DNA from: Eledone cirrhosa
Lineage: Eukaryota
Assembly: GCA_964016885.1 (NCBI GenBank)
Contig: OZ024745.1
Coordinates: 75,764,001 to 75,828,000 of the forward strand
Direction of reading: 5' to 3'
Length of the DNA stretch: 64,000 nt
Shown: one piece after another, positions 52,131 to 64,000 of the stretch
How the letters are laid out: each line of letters begins with the position of its first letter
Position numbering within the stretch: the stretch's first letter is position 1
Position numbers and translations under genes: made by a program
Notes under the pieces: generated by a model
Seen by the model: the letters and a program-made list of their open reading frames with translations, nothing else
Databases searched by the model: none
Told to the model about the DNA's origin: nothing

Positions 52131-52842
52131 ATATCCCCTTGTTATTTTCTTCTTTTACTTGTTTCAATTAGTAGACTGCGGCCATATATATTTCTTTTTC
52201 AAGTCTACTACTTATTTTATCGACCACTTTTTGGTTAAACCTTTATGTTACGGGTCAAAAACACCGATAAATCTAAACACACACACATACACGGGCACAT
52301 ACATACATACATACATGCATATACATACATGCATATACATACATGCATGCATATACATACATGCATGCATATACATACATGCATGCATACATACATGCAT
52401 ACATGCATACATACACACATGCATACACACATGCATGCATATACATACATGCATGCATATACATACATGCATATATATACATACATACATACATGCATGC
52501 ATGCATGCATGCATGCATACATGCATACATGCATACATACACACATGCATACACACATACAAGTTCCACTCAAAAGGGTTTGGTCAACCCGAAGCTATAG
52601 TAAGACATGCCCAAGGGCCACTCAATGGAACTGAACCTAGATAAAAGCCGTTTTAAGACTGAGAAAACAATAATTCAACTGATGGAAACTGAACCATTTA
52701 TCTGTGTTTAACGATCGAGTTATATCCTTTTCTCGTCCATATTATGTATAAATATATATCTACCTTTACTCAAGATTTACTCACACACAAAACCCGTTTA
52801 TTTCATTGGAATTCGTCTCCAGTTTAGTTGCTTAAAGATGTA

Positions 52843-53050
52843 TAGGGTGGCCACTGAAAGTCTGAACGATATAAAACAAAAATAACTTTTACAAACACAT
52901 GGGTTTTTATTTTTTTATTATATTATTTGGTAATATAAGTAATGGATTTTGTCCCAGTATTATTTGTGGAAAACAAGGGATGCTCTATAAGTTGCAAAAA
53001 AAGGAAAGAAAAAATATTGAAAACGAACAAGTTTTTCAGTGGCCATCCTG
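52843..53050. mobile_element. Tc1/mariner-type MITE with TA TSD
   Basis: TIRs tAGGGTGGCCACTGAAA / TTTCAGTGGCCATCCTG flanked by TA. An empty paralogous site (..tgTAtaaata) exists at ~53500. Confidence 0.85.
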
Positions 53051-53629
53051 TATAAATAGGTTGGGGGAGGTGGTGATTTTGAGGATGGGTAGAGGTGATT
53101 GGCCAAGGGATATTAAAGAACAGGGATTCTTTGAAAAAACTATTTTTAGAAATATATATATTAATACAAGGAACCAAGTGAAAGGCAAGGGTCTTATTCG
53201 CACTTAAATACCGACAGAGGAATCTTTAAATTTTAATCGATCAATATACAACAGTAGTGTGAGTGTGTGTCCGTGGTGAAACATATACATATACACCCAA
53301 GTCTGAACACAAAGGAACCAAACTCCCACTGTCACTGCCTCCGTCTCTGCCGCTTTCCCCGTCTCTCACTATTATGAGCAAATGGAGCCCCGTAGTTTCA
53401 TAAAGATGTATAAATATATATCTGCCTTTACTCAAAATTTATTGACACAACAAACTCGTTTATTTCACTGAAATTCGTCTCCGTCTTAGTTGCATAAGGG
53501 TGTATAAATATATATATGACATAACAAACCATTTGTATCATTGGAATTCATCTCCGGCTTAGTTGCTGACGTTCATGGACTTTTGTATGTATTTTATAAT
53601 TGAAATTAATATCTTGCTATAGTCTAGAA

Positions 53630-54036
53630 CGGTGGTTCCTAAACTGTGCACTTCGGCACACTGATGTACTGCGAGATGTAATTAACTTCGCCGCGAAAAA
53701 GCAAGATTTTATCCCAAAATGTGAAAAATACAAATTAAAATTCGTAATAAACTTCATTTATAACCGTCAAAGTAGTAAACAACTAAACTAAGAATGAAAA
53801 ATTGCAAAACAAAACAAAAGAGCGCATATTTCTCGTTGATAAAGTTGCTCCACTATTAACCAAAGAAGGAAATACAAATATTTTTCTGTATTTTTAATTA
53901 TCTATATTTCTACTTTATGCTATGTCAATATATATGTATAACACTTCTGAATTAATTCTCGAATTTAGGTACAAAGTATGCCGAAAAAATTTTACTTGTT
54001 TTAATATGTAAGTAAAGGAACGTTTAGGGACCACTA
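53630..54036. mobile_element. hAT (Charlie-like) non-autonomous element
   Basis: TIRs CGGTGGTTCCTAAAC / GTTTAGGGACCACTA; 8-bp TSD GTCTAGAA / GACCAGAA (6 of 8 match; NTCTAGAN-type target). Confidence 0.8.
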
Positions 54037-54287
54037 GACCAGAAGTCGGTGGTTATCCTGGTTTCATTGGCGTTAAGTGACTGAGAGTACAAAACTTAGT
54101 CTGTCACATCCCAGCTGCTACTGGTACACATTATCAAACAAGAACACAAGAGCAATGTGGGATAAAATGTCTTGCCTAAGGATCACAATGCGATACCCGA
54201 AATGAGAATCAATCCCACGACTTTACGATCGTTTGCCCCAAACTCTAACCACTAGGTCACGCACCTTCACTTTATGTATGTATGTAT

Positions 54288-54901
<614 letters not shown>

Positions 54902-54947
54902 CAGTATGCATGTATACATGATTGTAAATATGTATACTTGACTATAT

Positions 54948-54985
54948 GTACGAGGGGGTGCTGAAAGGTTCTTGGCTTTAAGGGT
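54948..54985 (+). mobile_element. Mariner-like TIR fragment
   Basis: TA-CGAGGGGGTGCTGAAAGGTTCTTGGCTTT; no partner end found. Confidence 0.4.
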
Positions 54986-55239
54986 AACGCGAAAGGGTAG
55001 GCTGCAAAGATTGCGGTTCAACGACAACGGCAACAACAGTAGGGAGGGCTTCAAAATGGTCACTTGACCTACTAGAAACAAGAGTCATATATCCTTCTGA
55101 AACAAAGGATATGTTAGACAGTTTAGATTTTTATATACAAAATGATTGGAATGCTTTTTAACATAGATTTCTTCAATCAGAGTTGTTCTATAGTTACACA
55201 ACAACAACAACAGCAACAACAGTATATGTCAGGCACAGT

Positions 55240-56650
55240 CCCGTAACTCTAGGGGAAATCATAGGGGCCCTGTATCGATATACGGCGTTCCTGGGGCATT
55301 TTGAACCGAGGCGGAGCCCAATACTCTCCAGGTCTGAATACAGCAGATCTTCCAGGGAAGGATAGAGAGAGTGAAAGAATAGGCGTGAGAAAGATATATA
55401 GAGGAAGAATCGACCCCAGTACTTGACTGGTATTTTTTATCGAGCTCGAATGGATGAAAGGTATAGTTGACAACGGTGGGATTTGAACTCAGAGAACAGA
55501 GATTCAAAACAAATACCACAAAGAATTCTATCCGACGCTCCAACGATTCTGACAATTCACCGTCTCCCATGATATAAACATTTAATTTAAGGTTAATAAC
55601 AAATATAAATAATTGTTTCTACTTTAGGCACAAGGCCAGATATTATCCAGTACATTACTGGTACTTTATTTTATCGACCCCGTAAGGATGAAAGGCAAAG
55701 TTAACCTCAGCGGGATTTGAACTCAGACCGTAAAGGGACGTAACTATGCTAGAAAGCATGGCGTCCGATACTGCCAATTCACCAAATAATGTTTCGCATC
55801 TTCAAACGACTTGATATGTAACGATGAATGAAATACTCCGTTGGATTAGCAGATTCGTTGAAGGATCTTTCAAATGCTTTGCTATATTTAGTTACAATTA
55901 ATTGTGTGTGTGTAGACGTCAGATACCCTCATCAGAAGACGTTTATATCATCCAATATATATATGTGTGTGTGTGTGTGTGTGTAGTGGTAAAACACCGG
56001 AAGGTTATATTTGTGGTGAGTAGAGCACTAATTTGCCATGGAACTTATATATATATGTGTGTGTGTGTGTGTGTCTAGATAAACAAAGATAGTTTGATGA
56101 GGAGTAGAAAGATGTAGTCTTTTCCTCCCTCATTCCTCTTACTTTCGCTATTCAATTTCTTTCCTTCTTTCATTCTTTTTTGTTTTCATTGCAAACATTA
56201 TATAATGTAATTTATGTTTGTTGAATGAATTTTTTTTTTATTATTTCGAAAAGCATACGAAAAAGAAATTTAAAGGAGGTTACTCTTTCTTTCATCTCTT
56301 CCTGATTATCTCCCTTGAACTAATTGGGATCCGTTGACCAAAAGTTGCTATTTGAGCATTTTTGTCAGATAGAACGCGTTGCGGTATTCGTTCCGACTCT
56401 CTGCTCTCCAAGGTCAACTTTGCCTTTAATCTTTTCATGGCTGTTAAAAAATAAGTTCCAGTCTAGTACTGGGATAAATTCTTCCTCTATATCTGTTTTT
56501 CACTTCCATCCTTTCATTCTCTCTGTCCTTCTCTGGAAGAAATCTGCTGTATTCAGATTTGGAGAAAAGATGGGCTCAGCCACGTTTTAAAAATGCCCAA
56601 GAAAGGCTGTATGTCAATACGGCGCCCCAACGACTGCCTTGGGAGTTATG
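55240..56650. repeat. Diverged inverted pair of SINE-A-head + unique-tail composites (55240-55570 / 56325-56650)
   Basis: tctgaatacagcagat.ttccag..gatat..agaggaagaat..cccagtact.gactgg is present in both orientations. Confidence 0.7.
55607..55785 (-). mobile_element. SINE family A
   Basis: Matches the family A consensus. Confidence 0.85.
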
Positions 56651-58739
56651 GCTCCATGCAATGCTAGATCTGTCATTTTCACTAAGCATTTAGTAAGGAA
56701 AATTTGAATCTAGCATTTGACAGGGAAATAGTTTTAAAAATTTATCTCGCCTTTTTTAAACATTTTTCTCTGATTGTGACATTTTCACAATTAGTTACCC
56801 TTTTCTTCTCTTTTTCCTCTTTTCTACTTCTGTTTTTTTTTTTGTTCTGTTTGTTTTGTGGTTTTTTTAATTTAAAAAAAAAAAGTATTTTACAGCCGAA
56901 TCAGTTATTGCAGAATATTTTCTTTCACTTTCATGGTACTCTAAATAAAATGTTTTCACGAATCTTTTCAGCCATAACTGGATGTAGGGGAGGGGAGATA
57001 ACTTGTGTCAGTATCTGAGCACCCCTGGCAATACTCTTTAAAGAAAGAAACTTGTAAATTTATTGAAAAACACCCGTTGTGGGTTCGGTTAGAAATTGTT
57101 TTTCTTTTATACTTCTTTTCCTAAGATTTTTTTTGTTTTGTGTGTTTTCAACGAATTTGACCGCCAATTCACTCGCAAACGACTCTTTTTTCCAAAAACA
57201 GAAGGGTACAATGTAATGCGGGTATATCTCATTGAGTAAGGAACAACCGAGACTGCACGGCTAGCTTCGTAAACGCACATACATATACATACATTTTAGG
57301 TTAGGTTCGGTTTCGTTTCGTTTGGTTAAGTTAGGATTTTAAATTTGATCGATAAGAGCAAGGTGGAAAAAATAATTCGTCACTGTCCAATAGTCACCAC
57401 CATGTTAAGTCATGATGTACCGTATACCAAAAACCGTGTTTAATATTATTAATAAAATTAATAACTTCTTTATTATGCATTTGCGGTGAAAATGCCATGA
57501 AGAAAAGTGTCTTAAAATATTCAATTCTACATGTTGCATGATAAGAAAAACATGAAAATATTGTGGTGAAACACTATATTTACCCATTGTAAGATACATA
57601 TGTTACATACTATTTACTAAAACCTACCTTACACTGTCAAGTATCGGAGAATGGAACGTACGATAGGTAACTTGATCAGAAAGCAAATAATATACTGGTG
57701 GTAATTTAATGGCAAGGAAAGTAAATATTGAATAAGGTGGAATACAATAATTTCGAAAATCAAGTTCAGCTGAAAATCAAAGGTAAAAGATGGTTGGTTG
57801 ATAAGAGCTGGCTAGAAAAAGGCACAACCTAAACAATAGGCCAAATCAAGGGCAGAAAATTGACAGAATTGTTAGTGTCAGAAAAAAGGCTCCTTTTGTT
57901 ATGTCAACGTTGATTTTCCTTCTTTTTTGGTTGATAAATAAAATACCAGTCAAGAGTGGTGGTTAAGAGGATAAGTATTTGTTCTGAATTCAAATCCTAC
58001 TGTGGTGGCCTATTTGGCAGAATTTGAAAAAGAACAAAAAGAGCCAGAATAGGTACTGCAAAGCATTTATCTGCTGCTCTAACAATTCTGCAAATTTACT
58101 GCCTTCACTCAGGCCTAAGCTGGGGTTAAACAACAAAAAGTGAAACAGTATTTTAAAAAAAAATAGAAAAATTAATTTTTTTTTAAAACACAAAAAGATA
58201 GATAGGTTTGAAATAACATTTTATTGTAAATAAATGTTTAAGCTTTTATTTTCCTTTTTTTACACTTAGTATCTTCATTTAACATTTTCTGTTTTCTGAA
58301 AAATAAAATAAAATTAATTTCTTATAGACATGGTAAAAAAATAGCATAAATAAAAGATTCAGATAATCTCTCTAATGCAGGTGCTATGATAAATGTACCC
58401 AGTACACACTGTGAAGTGGGTGGCATCCACTGTGAAGTGGGTGGCATAGAAACCATGCCAAACTAGAATGTATGAGCATGATGTGGTTCTCTGAGCTGTC
58501 TAGTCTAGAACTGACCCATCCAACCCATGCCAGCATGGAAAGTGTCAAGCACATAAGAGAAACTCAGTGGAGTGCAAGGGGAGAAGCTTTAAGTGTTGTA
58601 AAGATATTGGTCAACAAAAGACTTTGGTGGAAAAAACTTGCGCAAGGTGCTGCACTGTGTGATCAAACCCAAAGTCAGATGGGTGTAAAGCAAACTTTTT
58701 TATCACACAGCCATGTCTGGTGGTGTATTTGTAGAAGGG

Positions 58740-59035
58740 CTATCAAGCTCACATGTTATTAGTAGCATAAAATGGAGCATCCTTGCACTTATGAAACCCT
58801 GTGGTCATGTGATGTGTATGAATGATGATCGTTGGGTGAAGACGTGCTTAAAAATCCCAATGAAAGGGAGCTACAGCAAAGAAAGGAGAGCTTGTAAAAG
58901 ATGATCTGAAATTGCTGAATCTCAGTCGGGTTGACAAAGGACTGTGACAAGTAGGGGGTGCTGTGCTAGAAAATACCCATCCAACCCATGCAAGCATGGA
59001 AAAGCAGACATAAAACAGTGATGATCATGATGATG
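58740..59035 (+). mobile_element. Degenerate LINE 3' end with (GAT)n-type tail
   Basis: GHVMCMNDDRWVKTC; tail cccatccaacccatgc.agcatggaaa shared with 58515-58545 and 63630-63680. Confidence 0.6.
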
Positions 59036-59644
59036 AATATTACAAATGAGATTTAATGAACATATAACAAGTAGGGAATCAAATGTTTGGCAGTAATCAT
59101 GAATACAGTATTCCATAATCTTATTCATTATTATTATGATGAAATTATATGATAGAGATCTACAAATATTTACCACTTATGTGATCATAATTCAATAATC
59201 TTTGTGAAGAGATAGACTCAACTGATTCTAGTGGAATTTGGATTCAAAATTTTGTTATACAGGGAGTATAAAAACCAAAGAAAAAAACATTACAAATATT
59301 CATTTCCTTACAATATATGTGTGTGTTTATGTCTTATAACTTAGTGCTTCAAACAAAAAGAGATTGAATCAAGAGCCAGACATAAAAAAGAAAGTAAAAG
59401 AATAAAATAATTATTTGCATTTCTGATTTTTAGTTAGTTGTGAGAGAGACTATACAATGAATGAGCTGAACTCATCTCTGAATTATAAGTACATAGTTTA
59501 TCAGTATCAAAATGACAGGGGGGGGGGGGGGGGGGGGCATGTGATTATAAGAAGTGTTAGTTGGGCAAAACTGTAAAGCTGGTGTTTATAAATAAGTAAA
59601 TATATTGAAAAAACAGCTGGATTTCTGGCATGTAAAGTTTATAT

Positions 59645-59835
59645 AAATAATTGTTTCTACTTTAGGCACAAGGCCAGCAATTACCCAGTGCATTACTGGT
59701 ACTTTATTTTATCGACCCCGTAAGGATGAAAGGCAAAGTCAACCTCGGCAGGATTTGAACTCAGATCGTAAAGGGACGTAACTATGCTGTAAAGCATGGC
59801 GTCCGACCCTCTACTGACACTGCCAATCCACCAAA
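59645..59835 (-). mobile_element. SINE family A, young short variant
   Basis: Close to 14727-14908 and 42643-42835. Confidence 0.9.
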
Positions 59836-59944
59836 TAATAATATATCATTTCATTTTTTTTACGTCCGCTTTTTCCCTGCGTGCAAGGGTGGGACCAATA
59901 ATAATAATAATAATAATATAATAATATAATAATATAATATAATA

Positions 59945-59984
<40 letters not shown>

Positions 59985-60007
59985 CCACCAAATATAAAAA
60001 GTTTATA

Positions 60008-60165
60008 TAAATAATTGTTTCTACTTTTGGCACAAGGCCAGCAATTACCTAGTACATTACTGGTACTTTATTTTATCGACCCCGTAGGGATGAAAGGCAA
60101 AGTTAACCTCGACGGGATTTGAACTCAGAACATAAAGGGACGTAGCTATGCTGGAAAGCATGTCC
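60008..60165 (-). mobile_element. SINE family A
   Basis: Matches the family A consensus. Confidence 0.85.
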
Positions 60166-60879
60166 GAATAAATAATGATACAAATTCATTTATCAATCAA
60201 TCTGGCAAATAATTTCCTTCGATATACATAAAATATCTTACCTTATATTACTCTGGTTCTGAGGACACATTTTCCTTTTGTGAGTTAAACTTCCACAAAT
60301 GTGGCATCCAGCTAAAAATAAAATTTGTATCAAAATTAGTATAAAAATTAATAACTGGCTAAATATTTTTTCCTAATTTTATTTGTATACTTTAATATAG
60401 AAAGCCATCTTATTTCAAAAATATCTTGCAGCAGTTACAATTACATGAAGATGCTAGAATATTTTAAAACTTCAGAAAAAAATATTTATTTTTCCCTATT
60501 TTCTTTTAGATTTATGTTTTAAATTGATCAGAAGCTATTGATTTGGAAATCTATGCATTCTAGATTAAAAAATAGAATATAGCAACATTTTATACAAGAC
60601 CCCCAGCTTGTCTCAGAGGTCTGTAACCCAGCTTCAGTACTGACTCTATTTGTGAAAACCCAGCCAACTATTGCTAGCAGGGAAAGCAAACATTAAACAC
60701 TGATAACGAAATTAATAAATTAATGGTGACTTTTCAAAAAAAATATTAGACATTGGAATTCAAGAGTGAAATTCAAATGCCTTAAAATGAAAATCCCAAA
60801 ATTTCATTACCAATAAAATTTTAAGATTATTTTCCCTGCTAAAGCTGGGGTTAGCTTTGCAGACTGGCTTCTCCATTTT

Positions 60880-61530
60880 GCCTTATTCCCTACAAACCCT
60901 TCCCTAACAGCCTACCCTCAGTTCCTCCTCCATCATCTCAGTTAAGTCTTTCTTGGTCTTCCATTGTTCCTTTCACCCAGTCACTTTCATCCTTCTTCAA
61001 CACATGATCCAGCCATCTCATTTCATTTCTCTTTACAACATTCATCACTTGCTCTATTCCCATAAATAAGGGCATTTTTCATAAATGCAGCATACACTTT
61101 TCTCTTCAGTTTCAGTGCCACTCAATTCCCAGAACTTCTTCCATGAGTCACCATCCTTGAGTCTGATCCAACCTCTTTATCTAACACATCTGCTAAATAA
61201 TAAAATGTTTTTACACCTTTCATTTTCATACCACTTCCAGCTCAACTTCTGCATCAGTAGCTTCCAACATACATACCTTGCACTTGAATGTAGCTCCTAC
61301 ATTAATTAATAATCCTCTCAAATCATTACATTTTTTATGTACCTACCCAGGACATTTAATGGTGTTTCCTCCAGTACCTTTCCTGCACATGTCCACTTTT
61401 TCATTCTTTCCACCACAACACATGCTTCACCACTTGCCATCGCATTTGTCTTTCCAATATACTCTTTCATACCTTGTTCGCCTCCATACATTCTTTTCAC
61501 CTATTCCTCTTCTCCTCCAGTTCATCCATA
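60880..61530 (-). pseudogene. Highly decayed RTE-like LINE 3' fragment
   Basis: RWLDHVLKKDESDWVK..GRPRKT on the - strand near 60940-61020. Confidence 0.5.
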
Positions 61531-62377
61531 TTCTCTGCTATTATAAACCCTTCCTAACGCCAACCACATTTACAGCATGGACTGGGTGCTTTTTGTCATG
61601 TCAGTGGGAATGGGTGGGTGTATGTAGGGTAAAGATTGTAATAATGGTCGCAGTCTGAAGTTTTGGAATTCACTGGATGGAGGGGGATGGATACTTGAGA
61701 AGGGAGGTGAAATCTGTATGGGAGTTGGTGCCAACTTTCCATGCCTGAAATAAAGGTTTGCTTGGTCAGCTGTAGTAGAGTGGATTCATGCTGAGAAGAA
61801 ATAGCGATGTATACATGAATGTATGTATAGTATATTTGGCAATATACTATATGTTTAATTAAAAACATTTTGAAGACCATTCGCTATGAGTTTTAAAGTA
61901 GTAACTATGTCACCTACTTGTTTTCAGCAAAAACAAAAGAGGAGTTATCGAAAGTCCGTTTCTCTTAAAACTCTTAGCGAATGGTTTTCTAAATATTTTT
62001 AATTAAACATACAGTATATTGGCAAATATACTATACATACATTCACATATATAATATTTCTAGACAAATATACACATATATACATACCAAACTGTGGTCC
62101 TGAAAAATTGTAAGGTAGCAAAGAGAGACAAAGGAATGAAATTTTTTAGCTTACATGACAGAAAAACGACCTGTATAGCAATTAGATTTAATAATAATTA
62201 TATATAAATATTGAGTTCCAGACTTACATTTAGTATATTTTTCATTACACTGGTGTCCTTTAGTTTGACAAATATGACAAACATCACAGTGGATTCTGTT
62301 TGGTTTCACACATCTTTTACATTTGTCACAGTGGATATATGTTTTGCCATCCTGATTTAAAAAAATTGTACATATAA

Positions 62378-62560
62378 CATAATTGTTTCCACTTTTGGCA
62401 CAAGGCCAGCAACTACCCAGTGGTACTTTATTTTATCGACCCCGTAAGTATGAAAGGCAAAGTTAACCTTGGCGGGATTTGAACTCAGAATGGCAAGGGC
62501 AGTAACTCTATGCGTCAAAGCGTCCGACCCTCTACCGATACTGCCAATCCCCCGCCTATA
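62378..62560 (-). mobile_element. SINE family A
   Basis: Matches the family A consensus. Confidence 0.85.
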
Positions 62561-64000
62561 TTGTACATATAACATAATGATTGTTGAAGTTGTTTTTCTT
62601 TAAATTTTGTATAGAGATATTTATATATTTATATTTTTTTAGGCATTCCATCGGTGACGACAACGAGTATTCCTGTTGATACAATCAATGAAACAGCCTG
62701 CTCATGAAATTCAGCATGACACAGAATGTAACAGGTACAACTCAATTTTGCCAGCTGAAGCAACGTGAAATAAAGTGTTTTGCTCAAAGACACAATGAGC
62801 CGCCAGGAATCAAACTCATGACCTTATGGTCATGAGCCAAATATCCTAACCACAAAACCACGCACCTTCTGTATATTTATATACACTAGCAGAAATATCA
62901 GTCTCTGGATGTTGTTTTCTGTTAGGATAAGTATATATGTGTGTGTTTTGTAATGTATCTATCAATATAAACAAATGTCTGAAAAGAGAAAACTACATTT
63001 TTGACATGTAACTGATGCAAACTACCAATGTATTTCGTATTGTGGTTTATATAATTTAATACAATGATGTTTATTCTCTACAAGATAGTGACCACCCAGC
63101 TAGCTTTTACTTCATTCTGGCTGGCAGGCACGTTTGTCACCTGGGCAAGGTACATAATGCTGATTGCCTCATTCTGACTAGCAGATAAGATGTTTGACTA
63201 CTACATCACCAGAAAATACATTCAGCTTTCAAAGCAAATGTTGTAACAGTGTGCAAATGTCTAAATCAATAAATACCAGAGGACAACATATATATGAGAT
63301 TTTGAATTTTTATATACTGTTTTACTGATTCTAGCTTTCAGACTGTAGCCATGCTGTTTAGATATGTGAGTAAAATTTGTGAGACAGAAACTGCACATAA
63401 GCCCATCATATATATATAAATACTGTATAGTGGTCATGTAGGTGTCATGACAAAAAGCACCCAGCCCACACTGTAAAGCGGCCATTTAGGAATCACGACA
63501 AAAAGCATCCAGCAAACACTGTAAATGTGGTTGGCATTAGGAAGGGCATCCAGTCTTAGAAATCTAGCCAGAAACAGCTCTACATGCGCAAGACACAGCC
63601 ACCTGACCCAATTTGCCTCTAATGGGACAACCTGTCTAACTCATGCTAGCGTGGAAAATGACATTAAACGATGATGATGATGTATGTCTGTGTTTACATT
63701 TAGTGCTTGTTTATGTCCCATAAACAAATTTACTGATTTGACAAAATGAGATTGATGGAATAAGTACCAGACTTGAAGAAATCAGTACTGGGGTCAATAG
63801 TCTAAAGTCTGTCTTAAGCCAGACAGCTCATTAGGCCAGTGTTTATCCCAGTTTCATGGTGTGAAGCAACTGAGAGGACAAGATACCAGTCCATCGCTGG
63901 GTTAAACCCCCAGCTATTGCTGGTACTCATTTTCAGCTGAGTATACTGGATCAACGTGAAATAAAGTGTGTTGCTCAAGAAAAACAACCCAGTCCAGGAA

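Noticed and set aside
59518-59537. Poly-G run as a G-quadruplex element
   Set aside because: Simple homopolymer with no contextual support; length may be a sequencing artefact.

Overview
Eukaryotic, AT-rich, microsatellite-dense repeat DNA. I found no host gene that I can support. The SINE repertoire (tRNA head plus a Meta-like GCCTTTCATCCTT..GGGGTCGATAAAATAAAGTACCAG core, and CORE-like SINEs) suggests an octopus or other coleoid genome; this is inference. The coding content is retroelement-derived: one RTE-clade LINE with an uninterrupted APE+RT ORF (594-3728, -), a near full-length but broken R4/Dong-clade RLE LINE (~13660-17616, +) plus two more R4 fragments, a frameshifted Penelope-like element (RT + GIY-YIG, ~21770-23520, -), and RTE/Expander/BovB-like fragments. 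There are also about 20 copies of one SINE, plus hAT and Tc1/mariner MITEs. The main signal outside the ORF track is a set of short non-coding modules anchored in (TA)n microsatellites. Many are fold-back inverted repeats carrying minimal type I hammerhead ribozymes (CUGANGA...GAAA-short, often palindromic stem III-NUA). I found eight core-complete copies in five apparently unrelated sequence families, one with a ~100-nt stem II, plus several degenerate copies. One family is the inverted pseudo-LTR of the Penelope-like element in the window. All ribozyme folds were worked out by eye and activity is untested. Nearly all other ORFs in the track are microsatellite or antisense artefacts.
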